The notes under the pieces were generated by a model. That model searched no databases. It was not told where the DNA came from and worked only from the letters and a program-made list of their open reading frames with translations. 64,000 nucleotides of DNA. Source: Octopus vulgaris (Eukaryota). Location of the stretch: assembly GCA_951406725.2 (NCBI GenBank), contig OX597825.1:19902001-19966000 (forward strand), written 5' to 3'. Positions 38,661-52,259 of the stretch are shown here, piece after piece (the first letter of the stretch is position 1; each line of letters begins with the position of its first letter). Made by a program: the position numbers and the translations under genes.

Positions 38661-38723
38661 CTGTCTGTCTCTTTCTATCTCTAAATATACATTACATACT
38701 AATATAAACACGATATTTATATT
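38405..38723. repeat. Tandem duplication of (TATC)n plus a 65 bp unique unit
   Basis: tgtctgtctctttctatctctaaatatacattacatactaatataaacacgat.tttatatta follows each of two (TATC)n tracts. Confidence 0.9.
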
Positions 38724-39659
38724 AAATGGAATGATGTATTTCATTTTGCTATTCGCCGCTATCAACAGCGCTTCATATCTTAATATATATCACGTTGCCA
38801 CCTTCCTTCAACTAGTTCAGATTACTAGTCAAGGTAAATACTACCACTAGTTACCAATAGTTAATTTGATTTGATACTCTCGCTCAAATAATCTATTATG
38901 CATACATACGTATACCAACATATTTATGCATATTTACATATATATTTATATGCATATATATGTGCATAGGTACACATATATCGAAACAAACACACACACA
39001 CATATATTATATATCCATATGTATGCATGTGTGTAGTAATCGTGTGTTTCCTTTATAGATCGCATAATGTGTCATTAAACATCCTTTATCCATATTAAGT
39101 TTACTTAAATCATTAGATACTGTAACGTCGCAGTCACTGATGTTTCAATTTCACTTAACATTCAGCCTACAGTGTCAGTCTTGTCAATTACGTATATTTA
39201 CACCGAGTATTGAGATTTCACCTCCTGCCGCAGTTGTTAACTTAAATCTTGCTACTAAATTGATGCAAACCATTCGGCATAGTGCTTATCAAACAATACT
39301 GGCTTAACAACGGACATGCGTGCTTACAATGCACACACATGCATACACAGAAAACAGACACATACATGCTTATATGTATACGTGCATGTATATGAGTATA
39401 TATAGCATTACAGAGAAATAGTGGGAGAAGGTGTCAGGTCATGCCACGGCCCTCAAAATTTTTATGGAAGTGTAAGGATCGGGTGGATCTACTTCTCTTC
39501 GTGTCTGACTACAAATGATATCTTCCGAAAAGAGAGAAAGAGAGAGACAGACAGACAAACAGAGAGAGAGAACGTTAGAGAAAATGAAGAATCTATCGTA
39601 GTACAGGATTAAGCCGTCTTCTAAAATTACTGGTTTTGTGCCTCAATTTGCAACCAATT

Positions 39660-39955
39660 GCGCCAAGCTGGCAGAATCGTTAGTGCGTAGGTCAACATGA
39701 GACGTAGCATTTCTTCCGGCTCTTTAACGTTCTGAGTTCAAATCACGCTGAGGTCAACTTTGCTTTTTATCATTTGGAAGCCGAAACATAACATAGCAGT
39801 TATGTGTTTACGCCCCCGTCACTCAGAGGTTCGGCAAAAGAGACCGATAGAATAAGTACTAGACTTACAAAGAAGAAGTCTTGGGGTCGATTTGCTCGAC
39901 TAAAGGCGGTGCTCCAGTTTGGCTGCAGTCAAATGACTGAAACAAATAAAAGACA
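39660..39955 (+). mobile_element. SINE family A 5' part joined to SINE family B 3' part
   Basis: A head and core at 39660-39785; B tail (ggttcggcaaaagagaccgatagaataagtact..gactgaaacaaataaaag) at 39805-39955. Confidence 0.85.
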
Positions 39956-41989
39956 AAAATGATTATTATCGTCATCATCGACATGTATTTAGGTGGACAT
40001 TTGGTACATCTTATGACACTGAAAGACAACAAATTGTGGAAATTATTGTATGGCTGAGAAAATTTCTTGGCAACGAGGTGGGTTTCATCCAATAGCGTGG
40101 GACCTTAAAAAAATGCTTTCGTAAAGGGAGTCTCGTCAATAATCCATCATATACTCATATATACATGAGACTGCCGGCCAGAAGTAGAACGACAGGATTG
40201 ATAATATCCAAGCGAAATTAGTGGTTTCGATTTGATCGAATCCAATGGTTCTTACCAAAATCACAAATACACATTTAGACATGCGCAGGCATAGATTAAT
40301 ACATACATATGTGAGTATGTACTGATGTGAATGTGTCAATATACATACGTATCTGCATATATGTATATATATATATATATACATACATAAGTATGATCAA
40401 GCCCTTTTAGAAATTGCGGTTATATCCCTTTAACCTTTTGAATTAAAATTGTTGTAAATACTGACAGTTTAATTTGCTTTACTGCATATTGTGATCTAAA
40501 TCGTATGGCTGGACTGGAAGTCGTGAGAGAACGGCAATAGTGCTTCAAAACGTATGTCTAACCCATTTAATGAGGGCGCTTCCAGTTCGATCGCAGGAAC
40601 TTGTCTAGATGAATACATCTTGTAAAAATCTCTGCACACCAGTATACATCTACAATAATTGGCGGTGATATAGAACTGCATTGTTTAATGTGATTTTTGG
40701 TTTTATAAGATTACACTGGAATTTGCTTGCTAGTTCTCTTCGATTATGCATCCATTTAATGTTTCTTTATATTGAACGGCGAATCTTGGTCGCACTTTCC
40801 CCTCTCTCTTTCTCTCTTTCCCACTCACTGTCTCTCTCTCCCTCTTTATATCTCCTCCTTTCCCTATGTCTAACTCTCTCTCTTTCTCTCTCTCTCTCTG
40901 TCTCTCTCTCTGAGGGAAAAAGAAATAGAGACACTTGGAAAGGACATGAAAAAACGTATATTTTCATTCAGAATAACATAGCACGTACACAGAGAAGAAA
41001 AAGAGTAGAAGGAACGAATCAACCAGGAAACTGCAAGAAACAAAATACTTTCTTCATAATATATGTTACGTGAGATATGAAAAGGATAGATCTAGATATC
41101 ATCAAATATAGGATTTTCGACCATACAAAGTGAAAGAAAATATATATTGGAACGTAGAACGATTTATTGTCAATGATTGGCAAGGAATATGTATGATCGA
41201 AATACAATGAACTGTTTACTGATTTAAAGAAAATACTGATAACACCAAAAACATGAAACATTAGGTTGAAGTCCACATATATGTGTGTATATGTGAGTGT
41301 GCGGCTGTGTGTGTGTGTATGTATGTATGTATGTATGTATGTATGTATGTATGTATGTGTGTGTCTGTGTGTGTGGGTGTGTGTGTGTGTATATGTATGT
41401 GTGTACTTGTAGTTCATCGTTTCTGACGTGGCACCCTTCAGCAAGTGTCATGTACTAAAGTTTGTTAGTGGATTTAGTTGGCGGAAACCGAAAGAACCTC
41501 GTAGTATATGAAAGTGAATTGCATGTTTGACTAGCTTCTATATCCTATATTTAACCTCGACCAATAGATTGATGTCCCATATATTACTATCCAATCGCCT
41601 ACTTCATCCCTAACAAGTTCTTCGTTTAAACCAGAATAGCTGAGCTCCTTCGTTTGTGATTATTGTTCTTGTTAGCGGAAGTGCGCAGCTCATTTATACA
41701 GGCGTTCATAAATGAGTATTGAGAACAAAACTGGCCCAAGTATTGAGATGGTTTCATTGATGCTTCGATGGGTGATAAATACCATATTAAGGGCCTAATC
41801 ACTGTTAGAAGTGGCTTTGATAGATTTTAGAGCCAGGTAACTTTGAAGCTACATGATCACTTTCCATTAAATAATCCTTATTTCACAAAGTGCCCCTCAC
41901 AAATTATACTTTGGTCTGCGGGGATGGTACATATCGTATGCGTCACTCTCAGATAGTTGCTTCAAAACTGTAAAATAAAAACAAACAAA

Positions 41990-42238
41990 TGCACTCTTTT
42001 TAAAGCCTAGCCAGGCTCATAGGCCCGGTTTCCCGGTTTCAGTGGCTTATGTGTTTGCTAGATGGATGGGACGCCAGTCCATCGCAGCGTTACTCATTTT
42101 TGCCAGCTGAGTGGACTGGAGCAACGTGAAATGAAGTGCTTTGCTCAAGAAGACAAGGCGTCGCCCGGTCCAGGAATCGAAACCACAATCTTACGATCAT
42201 AATGCTGACACCCTAACAACTAAGCCACGCGCCCCCAC
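41990..42238 (-). mobile_element. tRNA-derived SINE family D with TSD-like ttcaaaact
   Basis: Minus head ggcgcgtggcttag..ggtttcgattcc; body ctgcgatggactggcgtccc; second copy at 63670. Confidence 0.9.
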
Positions 42239-42559
42239 TTTCAAAACTATGCTGGAGAAATTATAGTCATATTGTTTCGACAAGTTAATAGCACAGTTGT
42301 TTTGCCAAAAACGGAATACCAGCTGGTGATAAGCTAATTGTGTAGCATAGAGTTTTGCCTTTTATGAGCAAATAGTGATTCATTTATGATATAGTTGGCG
42401 CTGAAAAATAATTAAGTCGATACTTTTATGGACCAGATGTAGAGTTTTATTATGTACAGGAATCACATGAACGCTCTTCTACTGGTTTGGGAATTCATCA
42501 CAAATGAATGACTCGGTGAAATAAACGACACCAGTAGCTGTGCAGATCTGACAAGATAT

Positions 42560-42977
42560 TCTATTCTACTCTAGGCACAAGGCCCGAATTTTAGGGGGAG
42601 GAAGCCAGTCGATTAGATCCACTCCAGTGCGTCGGATTAAGTAGATTATATCGACCCCAGTGCGTAACTGGTACTTAAATTATGGACCACGAAAGGATGA
42701 AAGGCAAAGTCAACCTAGGTGGAACTTAAAGACAGACGAAATACCTATTTCTTTACTACCCACAAGGGGCTACACACAGAGAGGACAAACAAGGACAGAC
42801 AAACGGATTAAGTCGATTATGAGACCCCAGTGCGTTACTGGTACTTAATTGATCGACCCCGAAATAATGAAAGGCAAAGTCGACCTCGGTGGAATTTGAA
42901 CTCAGAACGTAACGGCAGACGAAATACCGCTAAGCATTTCGCCCGGCATGCTAACGTTTCTGCCAGCTCGCCGCCTT
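42560..42977 (-). mobile_element. SINE family A multimer with TSD gat.tg.caagatatt
   Basis: Head + core + tail1, junction aaagaaata|ggtatttcgtc, second core, partial duplication, then tail2. Confidence 0.92.
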
Positions 42978-44254
42978 AGATGTGGCAAGATATTGGCGGA
43001 CATGTCATCAGGGAAATTGGATGTAGCGGGCTGAGATCTCTAATGTTTTTTTTTTCATATTACTACTGTTAAAAATAAACTAATTATAGTTGTGACATTT
43101 GTTTCATGGTCTACTCGTCTTATTCAGTCGATAGCAACATTTCCTTTGGATATCTTCTGCACTCAGGACCAAGCTAAATTATGTCCCCTAATTTTAATGA
43201 CCCATTTTTCTAATAATGTATGGCTTTAAGAATCTCCAACACTTGAGTATTTTCTCAAAATCTACTTATGTAAAGATGCCAAGTGTTTTAAAGTGTTATT
43301 ACCATTTAACCGAGACTTGTCTGGTAATTTATTTTATCGACAGTACAGGGATGAAAGTCAATGATAACACTTGGCAGGATTTGAACTCCGAACATCCAAA
43401 AACAATAGTGCAAGATATTTTGTCCAACACTCTAACGACAGAACAAATATAACTGCTAAATATTTTAGACCAGATACACTTCTGCTGAAGATCATGTTCT
43501 TTAAATTACTTTCTTGCCTTATCACTTCTTGTTCTGCTGTAAATAATCTTTATCGCCATATTTACAAATAATGAACAAATAGATTTTCTTAAATATATAG
43601 AACAAATATCTATTTTCAACACTTTATTCTTTTTTTTTCGTTTCTCTGTTCAATCTAATTTTCTCTAACGGTACTCATTTTCTTTACTTTCTACAACAAT
43701 TACAATTCTTTCCTTCAAAGCCTTTCAATACTTCACACCGCCTCTTTGTATGAGATTGTTTGCTAACCTAGGTAGCAGACCAACAATTTGTTAAAGTTAG
43801 CGTAGACGATACAATCAACAGTCAATGAGTGCAATACTGCTCTTGACCCTGATAGACAAAAGGCAAAGTTAAATACGGTAGGACTTGAACTCGGGTTATG
43901 AAAAGAATTTGCACCACCAATTCTGTTATTTGCCAGTCGCTTCATAAAATGTTAATCCAGCTTCCCCAACTTATCCACTTCAACGTTATAGTTTAATTAT
44001 TGTTTCAAAACCTTCATTCTTTGGTGTGAGTGGTGGGTGTTTTTGTAAATTGCCATTCCGGGATAATTGTTCTTTCATATTCTGTTAATTCGGGTTGCCG
44101 AAATGAAGTAACTAATTATGATTATTGAAAATAAGGATGACCTGCAGAAAAAAATTGTATTTTTTCTTCGTTATATCTGACTTTTCGTGTTCTTTCATGT
44201 CTAATCCTATAGTTTTATGCTTGTGTTTCAGTACAAAATGACAATGAAACAAGA

Positions 44255-45313
44255 GATAACTTTATTGGCCACACAGGTCTGAACACAGAGGGGACAAATA
44301 CAAATGTAGAGCTTTTCTTTTCGAAAATGAAAAGAACAGAAAAAAGTAAAATTCCGATCAAAAGTGATTGGAAAAAAAGGCGATCAAAAGAGATCGTGTA
44401 TCACAGAAGAATTTCTTAAATGTAAAAAGCAAGATTAGGTTTATCTGTGGAAAGAAAAGCCTACAGAATAGATCACGGTAACCTCAGGCATGGAGGGAAT
44501 AAGCACATGGGAGCAAAGTGCTCTCTCTCACTATTTTTCGATTTTACAGGAATATGCTCAAAGTGCTTCGTCATAGGCAAGCACCATCTTTGCTACATTC
44601 ACCCACCTTTCTTTTGAACTTTCACAAGACAAAACCCGCCTCTCCATTCTCACCTTCCTTTTAGAGCTTATCCCGAACAGGTAATGCTTCTGGATAGCAC
44701 TGCCAGGCCAGACATCTCTGGTGATTTTCCATAGGTCCCGGCCCGAAAGTTGTCCTAAACAGGTGGGTCAGGTGTTCATCGTTGACGCCCAGATTCTACC
44801 CGAGAACGTCGTCGCACCTCCCCTCCACTAATCCTCTATAGAACGCCTTTGTTGTAATGACGTCGCACAGGTTTGGTCCCGGACGGCAGAGTTGCTTGAG
44901 AGCAACGCGACACTCGCGGTGCCATTCGACTAGCCTCGACCTCTGTTTCATCCACGACTGCAGTTCGGCCAAGGAGATGAACTGCGGAAAAGCGCGCCGC
45001 ACAAACGGAGACCACACCTGTTCAACGTCGTCTATGAAGCGCCTGAGATGTCGCAGTCTCAGTGCATATCTGTGCATCATCAACCACGGCATGCCTAGCC
45101 CTCCATATAGCGGGGGTTGACAGCAAATGGATCGCCTAACCATCGGAACGCTTCCCTTCCACACATGAAGTGGAAGAGTATGTGTTCCAGTATGCTGATG
45201 GTAGGGTCAAGACAAGGCACGGTGGTCAGGGGGTAATTGATGACGGATGCGATGTACGCGTTCACCACCTCCGCCCGACCTTTTAGGGATAGCTTTCTCT
45301 CGGCCCATTGCCT
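44255..45313 (-). mobile_element. L1/Tx1-clade LINE, 5'-truncated ORF2 C-terminus plus 3' UTR
   Basis: QWAERKLSLKGRAEVVNAYIASVINY..LFHFMWKG..RRSICCQPPLYGGLGMP..LAWQCY.EALPVRDKL; the zinc-knuckle region appears deleted near 44665; ends ..gtggccaataaag. Confidence 0.88.
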
Positions 45314-45376
45314 TTATCAAGTTATATGGAGTTATATGTTTGATGTTTGCTTCGAAACAAGAGATAGAATGAAACA

Positions 45377-45377
<1 letters not shown>

Positions 45378-45432
<55 letters not shown>

Positions 45433-45433
45433 G

Positions 45434-45495
<62 letters not shown>

Positions 45496-45550
45496 GATTG
45501 ATTGATAGAAAGAGAGAGAGAGAGAGAAAGAGAAACATAGACAGACAGAC
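45378..45550. repeat. (GATA)n and (GA)n microsatellite
   Basis: Direct reading. Confidence 0.97.
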
Positions 45551-46317
45551 AAATGGAGGAGGGAGGGAGATTAAATGACGGTGCACCATAAGCCTTACAG
45601 CTATGTACTAATCAAGCTCTGATGGCTCATTATGAACCATCGACAACGTGAAAGATAATTCTTTATTTTTACCTACTCTAGACACTTTAATAGCAATGAA
45701 CAGACTAAAGGCAAGGAATAAACAAGAGGGAATATTCAGCGTTAGATTGTAGAATTAACTTGAAATGGGTGTGTACATTGGTGCTTTAACATAGCAAAAA
45801 CAACATCAACGTCTTAAACAAAAATGTCTCAGAGGTATCATTTTAAAGTCAGAATGTAGTTTTCTATGAATTAATCATTAAAAAGTAAATCTGTTTTCTC
45901 CGGTTCGAAGACAGTAAATCTGCCATTGTGTACAAAGTTCTGTTTCTAAGCGACGCTATTGTAAGACTGTACGTTGCTTTTATAAGTGAGCGTGACTAGC
46001 ATTTAATCGAAAACGTCATTTTATTCTGAACCGAAGTGTATTTTGACTTTCGATTATAACAATAAAATGGACTTTTATTGATTTCATTGAGAACAGATGA
46101 GATTATGTGAAGGTGATAAAGGGTCTTTCGATTCGAATAGGCATTAGATAATCTATTGCAACCATAATGGATATTTATATTTAGAACAGACAGCAATTTG
46201 GTGAGAAACAAAGCAAATAATATCATACGAGAATATTTTTATAATTTATATGTCGATTCATGGATATAAGTGATTATACACACATACACACAAATTTTTA
46301 CACACACACACACACAC

Positions 46318-46355
<38 letters not shown>

Positions 46356-47571
46356 CATATACACTTATATATAGGAATATATGTATACATACACACACAC
46401 ATATATATAAATACATGTGTGTGTGCTTGCGTGTGTTTATGTATATATATATATTTAAGTATGTATATATATATATGTATATATATCTGTGTGTGTGTGT
46501 TTGTGGTTGTGTATGTAACTGGTCAAATGCGTCCGTGTTTCTTTCTTATAATGAAGATAAATTTGTGGGCAAACACGTGCTGTGTATTGTCATCAAGGAA
46601 ATTGCTAAAATATCTTTAGTCGGCCGTTGCAGTGGCCGGATTATTTCTACTTTACCTGTAGACTAATGAAAGTATAAAATCTGGTTGCAGAACGATACGA
46701 TACCATGCAGCGATAATTACTTAAACGTTTTACTGAAGCTAAACTGGCTTAATTTAATTTCCCCGCAAAAGGAATAAATCAACATACAGAATCTGCCTCT
46801 CATAAAGGAATGGCTTTAATGACAATTGACAGGAAGATAACCCACCCAGACGTTTAAAGAGTCAAATTGCATTAAGCCACGATTTTTGTTGAATTACTTC
46901 GAGACGGATTATATTTATTTATGTCCTAAGCAACGCCATGCAGAGACTTTGTCCGTATTCCGATTTCCACAAAGTGAAGGTTTGAAATCTATTATCGTTG
47001 ATGCATTTTGTCAATGAGAAGATATGCGGATCTTATTTTTATTTTCAGTTCATGAGAATGGAAATATGTTACAAAATCTTTCGAAATAAATCACTGCTAA
47101 ATGCAACGATAGAACATTTGGAAATGACGAATTATACTTTAGTGTCTTAAAGAGAAATGGAGACAGTGTAATCCGAGACATACAGGGATCGAAAAACTAA
47201 AGTGATGGCCACGATTAGAATGCACATAGTCGTTAGACTACGAATGTCTTATTTGTATATTTAAATAAAGTGCAATTTTAATTGGGTGAAAAAATATATA
47301 TGTAAAGGAAGTTCTTAAGAAGAACATCGAGTATTTTTCGAGGATTTTCCCCTTAGGTTGTTTAAATAAAATATTAGTAATACGTATTAGATAGAAGGAT
47401 CCATTGGATAAAGCCTTTTATTGATTTTTTTTTAACAATCTAAGTAAGCCACGGGGTTTCCAGACACGAGTTCTATTCACGTGTCAAGTTTCAACGAAAT
47501 TAATAAAACGATTTAGGAGGAGTTAGTTAATAACACCACAAATACACACCGATTTCCCATATATATATGTA

Positions 47572-47633
<62 letters not shown>

Positions 47634-47985
47634 GCACGCTCAGAGAGTTTGTTCATGTCAGTAACTATTAAACAACGTAGAATTTTCGCTGGTAAGATGG
47701 TATTGAAATGAATGGAGAAATTTGAAGGACTATTTGATTCAATATCAGAACATCTCACATGTTACAGACAATGTGGTTTTCATTCCCAATAGTAGTCATT
47801 GAGATTTTGCCTTCCAGGGCCTTTTTAAAACCCAGCGTTTGCTTGCTATTATTTATTGCCTCATATAGTTTGAGTTCCACCGTCATAAACGATTCAAATA
47901 CATATGTATAATCACAGACAGAGATAGATATATTTTGCGAACTCAGTCTTCGAATGTAAAGGAAATGCATCTTAGAATATCATAA

Positions 47986-48760
47986 TCGTGTTCCCAAGAG
48001 ATCGGTCTTTTTTCAACTCTTCTCATTCAGAACATCAATGGCTTAATTGCTACTACATCCAATAACGCCCACGCTTATGTAGATGACACGAAACTACATT
48101 CTTTGCTAGCTTTCTTCACTCATACTCCATTCGTACGCAACCATCTACCCAGCACGCTCAAATCCTGCAGTGCAACAAGAATGAAAACTTTGACATCGTC
48201 CTTGAAAGGAGTAATTGCATTCATGTTTATTTTTGCAATATAATCCTTACTGTCTACTCATATCAAGAAAACTCCCCCACAACTACTCCTGCTGAACATG
48301 AACAACACTTAACCTGAGCCATCAGACTGACCTCAAATGCATAACATCCAAGATTCCTTCGGGCAAAAGTATTTCCTTGCTTGCAAGCAATAATTCACAT
48401 TACACTGAAAGCAAGTACTCTGACCAAAGCCCACAATCATCTAATTGTTCTTACTTCTAACACCTGTAAGCTCATGGAGGCTGTCATCTAGCAACTTCAG
48501 TCATCCTCTCTTCAGTGACCACCACTACGGCTCCCACTGAAGAACTAAAATATTATATCAGTTGTAGGTTCTCTCTTTAGAGGAGTTCGTTGAAAGCAAT
48601 GTAGCCACTCTACCTATGAGTAGAGCAGTCGGCCGTATCTGGCGAGCAAATCTCATATCTGCTTCCAACTATCACTTAACGTTTGGATAGGTAGCATCCT
48701 ATCAAACAACATCATTACGACCTGTTTATTAACGGTGTTCTTTCTGTCACGCAGTCTGGA
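47986..48760 (+). mobile_element. CR1/Jockey-group RT remnants, highly decayed
   Basis: VP..SV..TSNNAHAYVDDTKLH at about 47986-48100; IVLTSNTCKLMEAVI..LFSDHHYG..LEEFVESNVATLPMSRAVGRIW (=LD.SKAFDRVW)..WIGSILSN..INGVLS at about 48430-48750. Confidence 0.7.
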
Positions 48761-49418
48761 ATCCCGTCAGTTACTCACCAATTCTAACTGACTTCCATAT
48801 TTTTCGAGTTTGTTATGAAGCGTGTATTCTCATAGTTTATATTTGTATTATATAATGCAGTTTCAGAAATATTTATTTAATTCATAGTGGAGACTTGAGG
48901 GATATTAAGAAAATAGTGCAGCATTATCGAGATATGTATGGCATTTGAAATAAAATAACAATGTGTTGACTATTTCGAAGGCGAACATCAAACACATAGC
49001 TCCAAATAACTTGATAAAGGCAATGAAATACATATGGCAGAGAAGTACAAACGATTAACGAAAAGTAATATCTAAGAGCTGTTCCTAAAACAAATTATAT
49101 TTCGAATATCACAACAGCAACATGAACTATCCTTCGTTTAATGCTCGTAAACTTGAGAATAAACTGGAAACTAACAAGCTCATCGTGCTGTTGTGTGCCT
49201 ACTATAATTACGTTATATAGTCATTTTATACCGTTTTACTGTAGCCTCTGCGGAAACAAACTTTGTACAATACAAAAGTAAACATCTATATTGCACATAT
49301 ACACTCATATATATGTAATACTTATGACATATATATACATATAATACGAATATATATGTATAAATATCTGTGCGTGAGAGAGTAAATGTATATAATATAT
49401 ACGTGAGAGAGTAAATGT

Positions 49419-49509
<91 letters not shown>

Positions 49510-49510
<1 letters not shown>

Positions 49511-49824
49511 GGCGCATGGCTCAGTGGTTAAAGCGTCGGGCTTACGATCGTGAGGTTGTGAGTTCGAAGCCCGGGGCGGGCCGCGTAATGTGTTCTTGAG
49601 CAAGACACTTTATTTTACGTTGCTCCACTTCACTCTGCGACGTCACAGATGCGAAGATGTATCGGCCTTTGCCTTTCCCTTGGATAACATCGGTGGCGTG
49701 GAGATGGTGGGAGGCTGGTATGCATGGGCGATTTCTAGTCTTCTATTAAACAACCTTGCCCGGACTTGTGCCTTAGAGGGTAGCTTTCTAGGTGCTATCC
49801 CATGGTCAGTCATTACCGAAGGGG

Positions 49825-49828
<4 letters not shown>
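49510..49828 (+). mobile_element. tRNA-derived SINE family C, between microsatellites
   Basis: ggcgcatggctcagtggtt..gagttcgaagccc head; gtgttcttgagcaagacact core shared with family D, but a different 3' half. Confidence 0.85.
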
Positions 49829-49866
<38 letters not shown>

Positions 49867-50536
49867 TATATATATATATACACACACATATATATATATA
49901 CACACACACACACATATATATATATATACACATATATACACATACAAACATACATATCCATATATTAATATGTACATTAATACATACGTACACACATCAT
50001 ATATATGTATGTATATTTCATATGTATTTGTATATACAATGAACTATGCATAACTGAGAGATATTATTACAAATATCCGCATGTTTAAAGAAAAATTTAG
50101 TAGCGATTGCACCTTGTGAGTCGCAATAAAATACCTGAGAATAAAAAAAACTATGACAATATGTATGAGAAAGGAAATAAAATACCAAAGAAAGATTTGT
50201 ATAATTTGGGGAGAAATTACGCATAATAAGAGAAAATATTACATAAAACTATGTAAACATTGCATACGTTGAGAACAGGTAATAAGAAATATATACTAAG
50301 AAATTATGTGTAAATAACCGGTTAGTAGATCATTGTACATCATTGTACATCATTTTATGTGTTGAATTTGTTGTTATTTGAGAAACTTCAAAAGAAAATT
50401 TACATATATTACGAGATGTAATATTGTATATAAGTAAATTACTGCTGATACAAATAAATAAACAGAATTAGTATAGATCAAATGGAGGAAGAAATCATGG
50501 CTTCGATTTTGTAGTGTCGTAGGAATCATGTGTATT

Positions 50537-50598
<62 letters not shown>

Positions 50599-50814
50599 TG
50601 TGTCTACAAAAAACTTTTACATTTTTGGTATATTATTTGGTTAATACTTCACTGTTCCATTCCTTTCGTTAAATGGACCGCGCTGGTCACGTATTTCAAA
50701 TGATGTTTACATATTGGTTTTCAACTTTGCAACAGCACCAGTAATTTGTGGAGTGGGTGGTGCTAAGTCGATTATATCGCCACTAGTACGCAGCTGGTAT
50801 GTGGTACTAATTCA

Positions 50815-51038
50815 AGGCAGCGAGCTGGCAGAATCGTTAGCACGCCGGGCGAAATGCTGAGGCATTTCGTCTGCCGATACGCTCTGAATTCAAAATTCCG
50901 CCGAGGTCGACTTTGCCTTTCGGGGTCGATTAAATAAGTACCAGTAACACACTGGGGTCAATATAATCGACTTAATCCTTTTGTCTGTCCTTGTTTGTCT
51001 CCTCTGTGTTTAGTCACTTGTGGGTAGTAAAGAAATAG
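50815..51038 (+). mobile_element. SINE family A (tail1) nested in an older minus-strand family A copy
   Basis: TSD ggtatgtggtac at about 50797 and 51038; host halves at about 50715-50800 and 51040-51112. Confidence 0.9.
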
Positions 51039-52005
51039 GTATGTGGTACAAATTTTATTGATCTCGAAAGGATAAAAGGCAAAATCGACCTTGGCGGAAT
51101 TTGAAATCAGAAATTATAAACAAATTCTCAGCGAGGAGAAAAATATCCTCGAATTGTGTGAAATATTAATATGAAGGCAAATAAAACTGATACGCCATTC
51201 AATTAACATATTTGAAAGCCATCACTATAAAAATGCATAAATCATAATAAATTCTAAAATATGCATGAAGCGTGCATGTAAAATAAGGGGAAAATATATG
51301 ATATGCTATCATTATATTGTGATACTATGAGCATAAATTATAGGAAACTTATACAAAATAATATATACTGACAATTACTAATCATGCAAATGATTAACAA
51401 TTATCGATAATAAATGAATGAAAATAATAAAATTGTTGAGAATAATGTATCAGCACTTACTATCGCAGCATGAATTATGAAAAACGTACACATAAATATA
51501 AAAAACGTACACAAAATTTCAGAAAACATATTGTACATGATTAATGGAGATATTATGTACAAATGTCTAAAAGTAGGCATAAATTCAAATGAATTCGTGT
51601 CTGATTATTTTGAATTAATTCATGTGATTGGATTTCTACTTAAAATAGAGTGTGTTAGAAGATGAGTGTATATGATAGAAGAGAAAGTCTAACGTAAATT
51701 ATACAAAGCCTCTTCTAATATTATACAGTAATTATGCTGCAGAAAAAAGAAATGTTGGGGTTTATTAGCAGGCTTATAATTTGCGCGGGCGTGCATGCGT
51801 GTGTATGTGTGTGTGCGCGCGCGCGCGCGCGTGTGTGTGTGCATGTGTCTTTTCTATTACTCTTCCTAAGTCAGTCAAACTGCTTAGTAAATTCGATTAG
51901 TAAATATTTTCATGAAAAAAGAAATAACACTGAATCTTACCAGTGAATCTTTACTGGAAGAAATACGTTAAGCGTTTGGTTCTAATTTAGGCATTGGGAC
52001 TCCAC

Positions 52006-52245
<240 letters not shown>

Positions 52246-52259
52246 GTTTTCCTTTTTAC

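Noticed and set aside
40575-40655. Minus-strand frame VYWCAEIFTRCIHLDKFLRSNWKRPH* after tgtag
   Set aside because: Short, with a weak acceptor and no recognisable homology.
41620-42350. Possible RT remnant on minus (ILGPVLFSI)
   Set aside because: Only one motif is readable, which is too decayed to call.
49510-49585. tRNA-like sequences (also 16760-16830, 42170-42238 and the SINE A/B heads)
   Set aside because: A and B boxes are present, but there is no complete cloverleaf and each continues into a SINE body.
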